A stretch of 64,000 nt of DNA, from contig JBGAJA010000001.1 in NCBI GenBank assembly GCA_044225175.1, positions 550,711-614,710 of the forward strand, given 5' to 3'. Position 1 is the first letter of the stretch. Each line of letters starts with the position of its first letter. Below the pieces are notes generated by a model. The model did no database searches. It was not told the DNA's origin and saw only the letters and a program-made list of their open reading frames with translations. Origin of the DNA: Candidatus Omnitrophota bacterium (GTDB taxonomy: Bacteria > Omnitrophota > Gorgyraeia > Zapsychrales > Fredricksoniimonadaceae). Shown one piece after another: positions 22,000 to 32,147 of the stretch. The translations under genes and the position numbers were made by a program.

Positions 22000-23066
22000 C
22001 TTACGAGTTCTCCGTCGATGATTCCTTGCGGGTTGACCAAATGGGTTTGGTTTAACCAGCGATCGGTACCTAATCCTGGAATTTCTCCAGTAAGTAAGCT
22101 CAAATTGGCAAGGATTTTAAGCCCCACTGAAGATTCGAATGTGGAACTAATAATAGACTTCTTTCCTAGGCTTCTAGCCTCTTCTATCCACTCTAATGTG
22201 GGCACAATACCCCCTAGAATCATGGGCTTCAAGATATAGGCTTTGACAGCTTCATGATGGGCCAATGTTGGGGAGCACCTTCCAGGAGCATTGATGCCGC
22301 ATTTGACTATGACCAGGGTTTCATCTAGAGCAACTGGGAAATGGGTTTTTTCGTAAAAGGTATTCAGTCTACTCATATCATTCAAAGGTTCTTCCAGAAA
22401 GGCAATGTTCTGGTGGCCGGCTAGCTCGGTGAAAAGAATGGCTTCATTAAGGCTCCAAACGCGGTTTCCATCCAGGCGAAAGGTGGCATTTGGACCCAAA
22501 AGTTTTCTTAAATCATTGACTTTTTTAACATCTAAAGGAATGTTTCTATCTCCTACTTTTAGCTTAAATATGCCTGGTTTTAAGTCGACAAATGCCTTTG
22601 CATCATTGAGGACTTGCTCATATGTGCCCTGTAAAAGGACGGCTGTGGAAGTGCTTGTGAGAGTTCCTCCTAGAAATTCAATCAAACTTATGTTTTGACT
22701 CTTAGCGGCTAGCAAAAATAGGGCAGATTCTACTGCGCATTTGGCTGAAGGACAAAGGCTGGTAATAAAAAGATCTTGGCGAATTTGGTTGATCAATTGT
22801 TTTGCTTGAGTTGCTATTTCTAGATTTTGAAGATGTTTTTGGATCTCTTCTAGTTCATGGCGGCAATGCTTAAGTGTTTCTGGACTCACTCCTGGCAAAG
22901 GAGCTGCTTCTGACTGTACTAATAATCCTTCCCTGGAAGTTAAATTTAAATAAAATCCTGTTCGTTCGCTAAGCGTATTACCAGCAAAAGAAAAAGGAAC
23001 TTTAAAAGGTATTTGGAAAGGAGCAATTGAAGATTTGGAAATGATTAATGACTGCACAGAACCCAT
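21996..23066 (-). CDS. menC: o-Succinylbenzoate synthase (enolase superfamily)
   Basis: 356 aa with the MR/MLE-type motifs (FKLKVGDRN...LDGNRVW). Confidence 0.7.
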   Translation of the reverse strand: MGSVQSLIISKSSIAPFQIPFKVPFSFAGNTLSERTGFYLNLTSREGLLVQSEAAPLPGVSPETLKHCRHELEEIQKHLQNLEIATQAKQLINQIRQDLFITSLCPSAKCAVESALFLLAAKSQNISLIEFLGGTLTSTSTAVLLQGTYEQVLNDAKAFVDLKPGIFKLKVGDRNIPLDVKKVNDLRKLLGPNATFRLDGNRVWSLNEAILFTELAGHQNIAFLEEPLNDMSRLNTFYEKTHFPVALDETLVIVKCGINAPGRCSPTLAHHEAVKAYILKPMILGGIVPTLEWIEEARSLGKKSIISSTFESSVGLKILANLSLLTGEIPGLGTDRWLNQTHLVNPQGIIDGELVR

Positions 23067-23920
23067 CCTACTGAAAAAATAACACTATAAACTAATAAGA
23101 AGCAGCCAGTTGTGGCCAGGGCTTTGTTATAAGTTTCAGGTTTTGTAGCTGTCATTACAGTTCGTATGGTTTCTATAGCAATGAACCCGATTATGGAGGC
23201 AAAGAGCATCCCTTTGTGATCATGGGTAACTATAAATACAAAAAAAGGACAAAGTGTGGCAGCTAGAATACAAAAAAGGTATTCGTTCATTGCAAAAGAC
23301 TTTCCATAACGAACAGCCAATGTTAGTTTGCCAGCCTTTTGATCGCCATCGATGTCTCTTAAGTTATTAATGGCTAGAATGGCGCAAGATAAAAATCCTG
23401 GACCAAAGCCTGCTAGAACAACAGCCCAATTAAGATCAAGAGTTTGAATATAATATGTTCCTCCTACCGCAACGGGGCCAAAGAAAATAAAGACAAAGAG
23501 CTCTCCTAAGCCTAAATATCCCAATGGTTTTTTTCCAGCAGTATAAAGAAAGCCAGAGATAATGGCTGCTGTTGCAATGATGCCAATCGCAAGGCCGCCA
23601 ATAAAAACCAAGTAACTGCAGGCAATAGCAGCTAAAAGAAAAACTAATATGGTAACTTGAAGAACAACCTGTGGTTTTATGAGACCTGCTTGTGTAACTC
23701 TCACAGGGCCGATTCTATTTGCATCGGCCCCCTTCTTAAAATCAAAATAATCATTAGCAAGGTTTGTGCCTATTTGAATAAGAAGTGCTGCAATTAAGCA
23801 AATGCTTCCAGAAAGTAAATGGAATTCCCCATCTCCAAAGGCCATTGCCGCTCCAATTAATACAGGAGCAATTGAGGCTGGTAATGTTTTAGGACGAATG
23901 GCAAGGATCCAGGGACTCAT
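23045..23920 (-). CDS. menA: 1,4-dihydroxy-2-naphthoate polyprenyltransferase (UbiA family)
   Basis: 291 aa, polytopic, with the [11 protein letters not shown]sp-rich motif. Confidence 0.8.
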   Translation of the reverse strand: MSPWILAIRPKTLPASIAPVLIGAAMAFGDGEFHLLSGSICLIAALLIQIGTNLANDYFDFKKGADANRIGPVRVTQAGLIKPQVVLQVTILVFLLAAIACSYLVFIGGLAIGIIATAAIISGFLYTAGKKPLGYLGLGELFVFIFFGPVAVGGTYYIQTLDLNWAVVLAGFGPGFLSCAILAINNLRDIDGDQKAGKLTLAVRYGKSFAMNEYLFCILAATLCPFFVFIVTHDHKGMLFASIIGFIAIETIRTVMTATKPETYNKALATTGCFLLVYSVIFSVGWVLCSH

Positions 23921-24741
23921 GGTCTTTTAGGAAATTTAGCGAAGTTTGGTTTACGTTTCTGGACAAATGCATTGCGACCTTCTTGGCCTTCTTCTGTCAT
24001 GTAAAACAGGAGTGTTGCATTTCCAGCTAATTCCTGTAAGCCCGATTGGCCGTCACAATCAGCGTTCAAGGCTGATTTAAGGCAGCGAATAGCTAGAGGT
24101 GAGTGTTGGAGAATCTCATTGCACCATTGAACGGTTTCTTTTTCTAAGTCTTTGTAGGGGACGACTGTATTGACTAAACCCATGTCTAAAGCTTGTTTAG
24201 CAGAGTATTGGCGACATAGAAACCAAATTTCACGAGCCTTCTTTTGCCCTACAATGCGTGCCATATAGCTGGAACCAAAACCACCATCAAAAGACCCTAC
24301 TTTGGGTCCAGTTTGTCCAAAAATGGCATTATCAGCAGCAATGGTTAGATCACAGATCATTTGCAGGATCTGTCCGCCTCCCACTGCATAACCTGCGACC
24401 ATGGCAATAACAGGTTTAGGGCATCCGCGAATTTGTTTTTGAAAATCTAAGACATTTAGGCGATTAGTGCCATCTTTGTCTTTATAACCTGCATCTCCAC
24501 GGATTTTCTGGTCTCCCCCTGAGCAAAAAGCATCTTTACCTTCTCCTGTTAAGATAATTACTCCGATTTTTTCATCATCACGGGCATCGTTTAAGGCATC
24601 CATCATTTCTTTAACCGTAACCGGTGTAAAAGCATTTCTTCGATGAGGACGATTGATAGTTATTTTAGCAATACCATCCATCTTTTCATATTTGATGTCT
24701 TCATATTTGCCTGCTGTTTTCCAAGAAAATCCTTTAGCCAT
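23917..24741 (-). CDS. menB: 1,4-dihydroxy-2-naphthoyl-CoA synthase (crotonase fold)
   Basis: 274 aa with [15 protein letters not shown] and the MenB-specific C-terminus. Confidence 0.85.
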   Translation of the reverse strand: MAKGFSWKTAGKYEDIKYEKMDGIAKITINRPHRRNAFTPVTVKEMMDALNDARDDEKIGVIILTGEGKDAFCSGGDQKIRGDAGYKDKDGTNRLNVLDFQKQIRGCPKPVIAMVAGYAVGGGQILQMICDLTIAADNAIFGQTGPKVGSFDGGFGSSYMARIVGQKKAREIWFLCRQYSAKQALDMGLVNTVVPYKDLEKETVQWCNEILQHSPLAIRCLKSALNADCDGQSGLQELAGNATLLFYMTEEGQEGRNAFVQKRKPNFAKFPKRP

Positions 24742-24758
24742 TGTTTAACCTCTCTATA

Positions 24759-25145
24759 TTAATGAATTGGAATCTTAAACTCTTCACCTTGATAGCGTGG
24801 AATTAAATGAATGTGGGCATGCATGACCACTTGACCTGCGACAGCTCCATTATTGTTTAAAATATTATAACCATCAGGATTATGTTCCTTTTGCAATAGA
24901 CCCTTGCCTTGATTGATTAAAGAATACAATGCTTTGATTTCATCGAGAGTAGCTTGAAAGATGTGTTCGAAATGTCTTTTGGGAATAAATAACATATGCC
25001 CTTTGGTAAAGGGTTTAATATCGTATATGGCATAGGCTAGGTTGTTTTCTAAAACTCTTGGCAAGTTCTTGCAGAAAATGCATTCGGACATCGCAGCTTC
25101 CTTTTTATGACGATTAGGGTTATATCGACGTATTACGCAGGGCAC
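24759..25145 (-). CDS. HIT-family (histidine triad) hydrolase
   Basis: Contains the HAHIHLIPR His-triad. The start is probably the internal MSECIFCKN (at ~25091). Confidence 0.8.
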   Translation of the reverse strand: MPCVIRRYNPNRHKKEAAMSECIFCKNLPRVLENNLAYAIYDIKPFTKGHMLFIPKRHFEHIFQATLDEIKALYSLINQGKGLLQKEHNPDGYNILNNNGAVAGQVVMHAHIHLIPRYQGEEFKIPIH

Positions 25146-25153
25146 AGATTTGA

Positions 25154-25417
25154 TTAAACTTTTAAACTTCGTTGTAATTCTTCTACATCTTTTTTTGCTT
25201 TAGATAACGTAACATGAAAAATTTCACAATATAATTGAGTTGCCAATTCTTTTTCACCTTCCATTAAAAGATGACGAACATCAAACATGGTAGCTTTACC
25301 TTTAAGAGGAAGTTTGCCTCTTTTTCTAGCTTCATTAAGTAAGCGAATTTTATAAATATTCACAAGAATTAAAAAGCATACCAACATAATTAATGCTGTA
25401 TATAAAAAGATAATCAT
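25154..25417 (-). CDS. Small single-pass membrane protein (hypothetical)
   Basis: 87 aa with an N-terminal TM helix. It lies between xseB and the HIT gene with gaps under 12 nt. Confidence 0.4.
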   Translation of the reverse strand: MIIFLYTALIMLVCFLILVNIYKIRLLNEARKRGKLPLKGKATMFDVRHLLMEGEKELATQLYCEIFHVTLSKAKKDVEELQRSLKV

Positions 25418-25428
25418 GTAAACCTCGC

Positions 25429-25653
25429 TTAATTGTCGCTATTTTCCTTAGATTCTTTGTTCAGATCTTCAACAACTTTTTTAACTTCCATCTCAGCTTT
25501 GTCTATTCTGGATTTGCACAAGCGAATAAGTTCTACAGCTTCTTTTACTTGTTCTGCTAATTCATCAACATCCACATCATCATTATCAAGTTCAGCAATA
25601 ATTTCATCTAAACGTTCTACTGCTTCTTTGTATTTGATTTGATCAGAGTTCAT
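25429..25653 (-). CDS. xseB: Exodeoxyribonuclease VII small subunit
   Basis: Helical XseB signature (KYKEAVERLDEIIAELDND ... LCKSRIDKAEMEVKKV). I chose the internal start MNSDQ so that it overlaps the xseA stop by only 11 nt; the longer ORF start at 25701 is the alternative. Confidence 0.7.
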   Translation of the reverse strand: MNSDQIKYKEAVERLDEIIAELDNDDVDVDELAEQVKEAVELIRLCKSRIDKAEMEVKKVVEDLNKESKENSDN

Positions 25654-26971
25654 AGACTCCCTTGTTGATTTCTTTAATGTCACTGATAACCATCCCATCA
25701 CTAAATTGTATTTTTAAAGCTGAATTTACTTTCAAATTTTTTGTTGATTTAATGATTTTTCCTTTTAAATCTCTGGTAATTATAAAACCCTTCTTTAACA
25801 TGTTTTTAGGATCAACGACGTCAATTAATTTTTGATACGTTTGTATTTTAGTCTTTGATGTACTTAGACGCAATTGAATTGTTCTTTTTAAATCTTCCTT
25901 CCTTTGCAGTGATTGCCGTCGTGCTTCTTTAAGGATAGATAATGGTAATTGTTTGAATGCTCCAAGAATATTGTTAATGCGATGATGTTGGCTATGGACT
26001 GTTTCTGTTGTTCTATGTCTTAAAGTCCCCGCTTTTTGCCGCACATATTGTTGCTGGTCTCGCAGTTTCTGTTGAGCAGATTCAAGCACATATCGTTTTT
26101 TTTCTTCAAGATTTTGCCAGAATTTTTGGATAAAGGATATTAAGAGCGCAGCTGTTGCGGTTGGAGTTTTAGCAAAAGTATGAGCTGCTAGATCAGTAAT
26201 TGTTGTATTAATCTCATGCCCAATCCCACTAATCACAGGAATCCTGGATGCTGCAATTGCTTCAGCAATCATTTGACTATCAAAGCAGCTTAATTCTGTA
26301 ATTGATCCACCTCCTCGTGTGATTACAATCACATCAATTCCCTCTATTCGATTAAGCTTTTGCACAGCTTTTGATACAGAGATTTCAGTGGTTTTTCCTT
26401 GCATGATGGAATCAATGACTTTCACACTAAAAGCATACCCGCTTTTTTGAAGCTCATCTATAAAATCATGATAAGCAGCTGATCCATGTGATGTAATTAA
26501 TCCGATTGATAAAGGGAGTATGGGAAGCTGTAAAATCTTATTTTTCTCAAGAATACCCTTTTGTTTTAAAAGAGCAATTAATCGTTGTCGATCTTGAGCA
26601 ATTTTTCCTAAAGTGTAAGTCGGATCTATGGATTCAGCAATTAAACGAATTTGTCCAAAAGGTGCGTAAAAGTCAACCTTGCATAAGAGTTTGACTTCAA
26701 TGTCATCTTTGAAAACAAATGCATTTTCTGATTTCTGAAGGATTGTATCTATTCTTGGACGAGTATTTGCCCAAATCGTTACCCCAATTTTGGCGATAAT
26801 AGCATTTGAATCGGGGGCTTTTTCGCTTAAAGTAAAATATAAATGCTTTTTATCCCTCAATTCTTGCACTTCACCGCAAATCCATATTGCTTGAGGAAAG
26901 CCGCTATTTAAAACATCTCGAATGTAGTTATTTAATTCTGAAACTGTAAGAAAGTCTTCTACGTTTCTCAA
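25643..26971 (-). CDS. xseA: Exodeoxyribonuclease VII large subunit
   Basis: 442 aa with an OB-fold N-terminus and the conserved catalytic middle (GIGHEINTTITD). Confidence 0.85.
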   Translation of the reverse strand: MRNVEDFLTVSELNNYIRDVLNSGFPQAIWICGEVQELRDKKHLYFTLSEKAPDSNAIIAKIGVTIWANTRPRIDTILQKSENAFVFKDDIEVKLLCKVDFYAPFGQIRLIAESIDPTYTLGKIAQDRQRLIALLKQKGILEKNKILQLPILPLSIGLITSHGSAAYHDFIDELQKSGYAFSVKVIDSIMQGKTTEISVSKAVQKLNRIEGIDVIVITRGGGSITELSCFDSQMIAEAIAASRIPVISGIGHEINTTITDLAAHTFAKTPTATAALLISFIQKFWQNLEEKKRYVLESAQQKLRDQQQYVRQKAGTLRHRTTETVHSQHHRINNILGAFKQLPLSILKEARRQSLQRKEDLKRTIQLRLSTSKTKIQTYQKLIDVVDPKNMLKKGFIITRDLKGKIIKSTKNLKVNSALKIQFSDGMVISDIKEINKGVYEL

Positions 26972-27393
26972 TTGGTTATAAATCCTAATTTAAGAAGTTC
27001 TCGTTCTAATGATTGTCCAGCTTGAACAATGATTGCTTCATAGTTTTTAATACGAGTTTGGAGAGAATCTTTTAGGGAGTGTAGTTTTCTTGCATTATCA
27101 TTATTTTTATTCTTTTCATCAGACGTATACCATTTTTCGTAGCTTTTATACTCTTGATAAGCGTTATTAAAATTGTTTAATGATTCTAAATAAAGTTGAA
27201 TATCTTTATTATTTCTAATAATTTCTAAATCCTTAACAGAATTCGATTTATCCATTTGGAAGCCATGAACAATAAACTGCCTTTGATCCATGACATAGTA
27301 AGTTTCAAGGTTCTTTTCCATTTCTGATAAAAAACTAAGTAGATTCTTTTTGGAGGAATTTTTTTTCCTCCATGATTGAATAATACCTAACAT
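26968..27393 (-). CDS. Hypothetical coiled-coil protein, translationally coupled to xseA (4-nt overlap)
   Basis: 141 aa with no recognisable motif. Confidence 0.4.
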   Translation of the reverse strand: MLGIIQSWRKKNSSKKNLLSFLSEMEKNLETYYVMDQRQFIVHGFQMDKSNSVKDLEIIRNNKDIQLYLESLNNFNNAYQEYKSYEKWYTSDEKNKNNDNARKLHSLKDSLQTRIKNYEAIIVQAGQSLERELLKLGFITN

Positions 27394-27396
27394 GTC

Positions 27397-29403
27397 TCAC
27401 CTTTGATTGTTAAAGTGTTTTAAAGAATTGATTATTTGAGCCCATTCTATAATTGGTAAAACATTAGAATAATTATCGCTCCAAGGTTTGACTGAGTTAA
27501 ATGATCGGCTATCAAGAGGTTGCCAGTTTTTTTCGGTAATCATGCGTATATATTTTTGTTGATCCCATGTAATGATTCCCCAGATCGTTCTCATTGTAAA
27601 ACCTTCATCAGATGTTGCTTTAAATGCTGCGTAGGCTCCTACATTATGAGCAATATGGGCTAAAATAGGTTTAAGATCAAAATATCGATTGGGAATGTGG
27701 AAAAATATGATCCCACCTTCCTTAAGATGTTTTTTATAAAGATGCGTAACATCACTGTTGACTAAATGGGTTGGAATTGAATCTCCTCCAAAAGCATCAA
27801 CAATGAGCACATCGTAAAGAACATCTTTTTGTTTTTCAAGTGAAATACGTGCATCACCTAAGAACATATTGATATGGCCTGGAGCTAAACTGAGGTAACT
27901 AAAATATTTCTTGGCTAAATCTACTACATCTGGATCAAGTTCATAGAAATCAACCGGACAATCACTTCTGGAGTACATGGCAATTGTTCCTGCTCCCAGG
28001 CCAATTCCTGCGATACGGTTTATTTTAAAGAGATCTGACGTAAGTATCTCCCCCAAAGGAGATGTTGGACTATAGTAGCCTAGAGGAATCCACTTTCTTT
28101 GTGGATCAGTAAATTGTACGCCATGCAAGGTTGTACCATGAAGAAAGATTCTAATCTCATTGCTGTCAAAAATATCATAAATACCATAATAATTTCTTTT
28201 TTTAATAACTGAAGCGTGATGACGAATCATGTTTTCGAGTGGTGAAGACACAGCAATTGCAATAACTGTAAAAGTTATTAACCACATACGTCTTGTTGCT
28301 AGAGAAAGTAGAAGCAATCCAACTAAAAATTCAACCAAGTTGATTGAAATAAGAGGAATGATCCAACTGGTTAAGATCCCTCCTAAAAATCCTCCTAAAG
28401 AAATCATCACGTAAAAGAATGTTAAGTTCCCTTTTTCTGGTTTTGTGCGTATTAGTTCCCCTTGAGCAAACATACATAGAACAAAAAGAAGCAAGTCAAA
28501 AATAATTGAAGATAAAATGACGGGCATCGTTAGGATTTTACTAACAAAATAATAAATAATGGCTAGAGGAATAATAATTACAACCGATTTATTAATCCAT
28601 TTAGGATTAAAAGGTTTATTTTGAAAGTTTAGAATGAAACTAAATAGATAAATGCTTAATGGAATAATCCAAAGTAAAGGTGCGGGCGTGATTTCATAGG
28701 TGATGATGTTAGTAACAGAAAGAAATAGTACGACACCTGCGGCGGATAAACATAACCACCTTGCTGCTTGCGGCCAATTATATTTAATTTTTTCTGAAGT
28801 ATTAACCACAGGAGGGTTTATAGAAACTATTTTAAAAGCAAGGACATTAAGAACGACTAAAAGAATATAAAACGAACGCCAAATATTAATTTGATCAGTA
28901 TTTGTCAAAAAAAGTTCGAAGATGAAAGGATATGTTAATAGTCCTAAAAAAGATCCTAAATTAGAGATGGCATATAAGACATAAGGACTAGTCTTATTTT
29001 TAGTAGAAACTGATAGCCAACTTTGAGTTACCAAGCTTATTGTTGATAAAACAAAGAAAACTGGGCCAATTGTAAGAATGAGTTTTATAAATATCTCAAT
29101 AACCAAAGGCAAGGAAGTATCACTTGGTGGGATTGCTAACATTCTTCCAGGAAAAAATATAAAAGGTAGAATCAAAAGAATGAGATGGATCTTTAGGTAA
29201 GTTCTTATCCCTTTTTTTTCAATAAAATGATGGGCAAATATATATCCTGCTAGTAAAACTCCTTGAAAGAAAACAACACAGGCTCCCCAAACTAAATAGC
29301 TTCCGCCATAGCTTGGAAGAAAAAGTTTCGCAATGATTAATTCAATTTGGAATAATAGAAACGCAGATATAAAAGTAATACCTGCTAATAAGGAAAAATG
29401 CAA
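27397..29403 (-). CDS. Fused polytopic membrane domain plus spermidine/spermine synthase-like (aminopropyltransferase fold) protein
   Basis: 668 aa. There are about 10 N-terminal TM helices. The C-terminal region has GIGLGAGTIAMY...VLIVDAFGGDSIPTHL, typical of the SpeE-like SAM-dependent fold. Confidence 0.6.
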   Translation of the reverse strand: MHFSLLAGITFISAFLLFQIELIIAKLFLPSYGGSYLVWGACVVFFQGVLLAGYIFAHHFIEKKGIRTYLKIHLILLILPFIFFPGRMLAIPPSDTSLPLVIEIFIKLILTIGPVFFVLSTISLVTQSWLSVSTKNKTSPYVLYAISNLGSFLGLLTYPFIFELFLTNTDQINIWRSFYILLVVLNVLAFKIVSINPPVVNTSEKIKYNWPQAARWLCLSAAGVVLFLSVTNIITYEITPAPLLWIIPLSIYLFSFILNFQNKPFNPKWINKSVVIIIPLAIIYYFVSKILTMPVILSSIIFDLLLFVLCMFAQGELIRTKPEKGNLTFFYVMISLGGFLGGILTSWIIPLISINLVEFLVGLLLLSLATRRMWLITFTVIAIAVSSPLENMIRHHASVIKKRNYYGIYDIFDSNEIRIFLHGTTLHGVQFTDPQRKWIPLGYYSPTSPLGEILTSDLFKINRIAGIGLGAGTIAMYSRSDCPVDFYELDPDVVDLAKKYFSYLSLAPGHINMFLGDARISLEKQKDVLYDVLIVDAFGGDSIPTHLVNSDVTHLYKKHLKEGGIIFFHIPNRYFDLKPILAHIAHNVGAYAAFKATSDEGFTMRTIWGIITWDQQKYIRMITEKNWQPLDSRSFNSVKPWSDNYSNVLPIIEWAQIINSLKHFNNQR

Positions 29404-29430
29404 ACCCTAATCCCCTTCTAGCTAATTATT

Positions 29431-30039
29431 TTAACCGCCAAACATGCGACGAGTAGATGTTTTACGAATTTCTTTTTCACTCGACCATTCTAAAAGACCA
29501 GTGGTTAAGTTCTTTAGATTAAGTGTGAATTTAAAATAAACATCGGTTAATCGATTGTTACTTTGGCTAATCTCAGAAATGCTTCCAGTTAGTAAGTATT
29601 CTGCTCCATATTGTTTACCAATTTCAATTGTCTTGGTCTTATCAATATAGGGGCTATTTTTTTGAAGGTTGATTTCGTTTATTGCTGCTTGATCAGTTTG
29701 GCGATCAACAAATTGGAATTTACCGCTTTGAATTAATTTGGTTCTAATCGAATCCGTAATGGACTCCGTATCAATATGTTCCATAGATTTATTTTTTATT
29801 TGATCAACTAATAGTACAGGAGCTCTTTGCCCCATTGTTTTAGCAACTGTTGGAGAAACCAACAGAGAATCTACCATGCTTGCAGCGATTTGTTGAAGAT
29901 CAGAAGAGCTAAAGTCTGCAGATACTAGTTGAGGAGATGTGGCATCTTTATATTTTACAACTGGAGAAGCGCATCCAGAGATTAAGAACATAGAAATTCC
30001 AAATGACATAATCATGGTTTGATTGTAGAAATTTTTCAT
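29431..30039 (-). CDS. Lipoprotein, LpoB-like (COG3417 family)
   Basis: Lipobox LISGCAS. It also has the VLLVDQIKNKS...SGKFQFVDR...GAEYLLTGSI pattern of LpoB/COG3417 proteins. Confidence 0.45.
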   Translation of the reverse strand: MKNFYNQTMIMSFGISMFLISGCASPVVKYKDATSPQLVSADFSSSDLQQIAASMVDSLLVSPTVAKTMGQRAPVLLVDQIKNKSMEHIDTESITDSIRTKLIQSGKFQFVDRQTDQAAINEINLQKNSPYIDKTKTIEIGKQYGAEYLLTGSISEISQSNNRLTDVYFKFTLNLKNLTTGLLEWSSEKEIRKTSTRRMFGG

Positions 30040-30064
30040 AGTTGTTCTCCTTGACTTTAAAGCC

Positions 30065-31447
30065 TCACGTTAAGTTTTGATAGTATATCTTATTGCCTGC
30101 CCGTACGATACGAATAATTTTTTTACTATTCGCTTTAATATTTACTTTCAAATATTGAGTTGCTCCAGATTCATGTTGAAGAACTGAGTACTCATGGTCT
30201 CCCGCTGAAACTGGAATACGCAGGATTTGGGCATTGGCTGGAAGCGTTGACCAACTACGTAAATCTGCATTTTCTGAAAGAATATTGTAAAAAGAAGCAA
30301 TGATAGAGCCTAACTGACCTAATTGTCTTTGGGCTTCATAGGTTAAGACAGCTTTTGATGTTACCCTAATTATTTGATGAGTAGTAATTGCTGGAATCTT
30401 TTCTTTTAATGCTTTCAAAGCTAAGGCTGTAAATTCACATATTGGTTGAGTGCTTGCGAGTATTTGCCCCTTTTCATATAAAGTCAAAGGAAAAGAGTCA
30501 ATGCGATCTACATTGTATATAGGAAAAGAAACAGCAACCAAATTAAGATTTTGTAATGAAGTTGGAATGGGTATTTTGACTTCTTCTTTGGGAGGAATAA
30601 AGCCATCTTCAAATAAAATAATGAGTTCCCCATTATTATTTTTTGGTTCAAGTATCTTTTCAAAACTTCCCTCTATATTAAGTTCAACAGCTAAACGGTG
30701 AACATCTTTTTGAAGGTACTCGTTTTTGGGATAAATTTCTAGAGCTTTCTTGTAATCAATGTAAGCATCATTCTTTTGACCATTAATTTCGTAGATGATT
30801 CCTGAAAGATAAAAGGTATAGGCATTTTGGAATGAATTCTTTATTTGTCCTATTAAAGAATCAATTTTTGTATATGTTTCAGTAACTGAATTTGGTACTT
30901 CTTTAGATATATGATGGCTTTCTGCGGTTGTTTTAACTTGTTCTACTTCCTTTTGATGACGTTGAAGAGCCTTTTCTTGCTCAGCATTTGCCTTTCTCAC
31001 TTCGACAGCGGCTCCTTCAATGTCATTTTTATAAAGATAATTCATGGCTTGATATTGATAAAGCATGATTTTTTCATAACTCTCTAGTTTGTAGGGTAAA
31101 GCATTATCATTGATCAAAATCGAGCTTAATTGAGAGCTTGTTCCAGAGGCACTGATAATAGCTTTGCCTTCCATATTTTTTATGTGACTCTCAGCCAGCC
31201 TGAAGCTTTGGCTGCTTAAAAAGATATCACCTCTAATTTGAGCTATTCGACCCAGCTCTAATAGATACAATATTTTGTCTCGAGTTCGAATCTTACGCCT
31301 AAACTCTTTGTTTAAATCAATAGGCGTGTTTTCTTGGATTTTTTCAATGAGGGGAACAATTTGAGAGGGATAGGAATTAAATGTGTTTGTTGAAGCACAC
31401 CCATTCAAGCTAAGAGTTATTCCTATAATTAGAATTAATTTGAACAT
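30065..31447 (-). CDS. Lipoprotein with TPR-like repeats (hypothetical)
   Basis: 460 aa with lipobox LSLNGCAS. The central part is helical and TPR-like. Confidence 0.45.
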   Translation of the reverse strand: MFKLILIIGITLSLNGCASTNTFNSYPSQIVPLIEKIQENTPIDLNKEFRRKIRTRDKILYLLELGRIAQIRGDIFLSSQSFRLAESHIKNMEGKAIISASGTSSQLSSILINDNALPYKLESYEKIMLYQYQAMNYLYKNDIEGAAVEVRKANAEQEKALQRHQKEVEQVKTTAESHHISKEVPNSVTETYTKIDSLIGQIKNSFQNAYTFYLSGIIYEINGQKNDAYIDYKKALEIYPKNEYLQKDVHRLAVELNIEGSFEKILEPKNNNGELIILFEDGFIPPKEEVKIPIPTSLQNLNLVAVSFPIYNVDRIDSFPLTLYEKGQILASTQPICEFTALALKALKEKIPAITTHQIIRVTSKAVLTYEAQRQLGQLGSIIASFYNILSENADLRSWSTLPANAQILRIPVSAGDHEYSVLQHESGATQYLKVNIKANSKKIIRIVRAGNKIYYQNLT

Positions 31448-31484
31448 GACCTATTATTCTTAAGAAATGAATTGATGTCTAGTG

Positions 31485-31547
31485 GGATAAAAATAAAATT
31501 CATTAGGCCTGAGAATGTACCTTGCTACTTCTCAGGCCTAATGAATT
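31485..31547 (-). terminator. Strong rho-independent terminator: a 19-bp perfect stem (AATTCATTAGGCCTGAGAA / TTCTCAGGCCTAATGAATT) with a 13-nt loop, followed on the minus strand by TTTTATTTTTAT
   Basis: The inverted repeat at 31497-31515 / 31529-31547 was read directly. It lies between the stop of the receiver gene (31576) and the start of the TPR lipoprotein gene (31447). Confidence 0.7.
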
Positions 31548-31575
31548 ACAATAACTAACCTTCAACAACCTTATA

Positions 31576-32043
31576 CTACGTTTTTACTGAGGGTGAAACG
31601 CTGTCATCTGTTCCATCCAAGACAGCTTTAATCTTTGCCAAAATATCAGTAGGATTAAAAGGTTTTAATATCACATGCTTCATCCCACACATTTTCATCA
31701 TTAATACATGTTCACGATCTGTAAAGAATCCCGTGATAGCAATAATTGGAATTTGTTTTGTTAAAATTGAATTTTGTAATTCGTCTGCCAACTGAAAACC
31801 ACTTTTAGGTTTCATTTTTAGATCAAGAATAACAAGATCGGGCTTTAATTCACAGGTCTTTTCAAATGCAAGTCCACTATTAAACATAATTTCAACATCA
31901 TAATTACTATAAGTGAGCATTTCTTTTAATTCCACTAAAAGCTCAACATCATCATCTACCAGTAGGATTTTACGTCTACGTTGGAGTTTGGAAGATTGAG
32001 GTTCTAATTCATTTGACATTTGTGTTTGCCCCATTGAAACCAT
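31576..32043 (-). CDS. Single-domain response regulator (CheY-like receiver only)
   Basis: 155 aa. It has DDD...D...K receiver residues (ILLVDDDVELL, LVILDLKMKPKSG). Confidence 0.75.
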   Translation of the reverse strand: MVSMGQTQMSNELEPQSSKLQRRRKILLVDDDVELLVELKEMLTYSNYDVEIMFNSGLAFEKTCELKPDLVILDLKMKPKSGFQLADELQNSILTKQIPIIAITGFFTDREHVLMMKMCGMKHVILKPFNPTDILAKIKAVLDGTDDSVSPSVKT

Positions 32044-32147
32044 TTGGTTCTCCTTTCTAAATTCCTTTTATCAACCCATTACAAGGATACCATTTAATAA
32101 CAAATTGGTAATTGGCTACTTCTTCTTTTTATTGACTTTTATCCACT

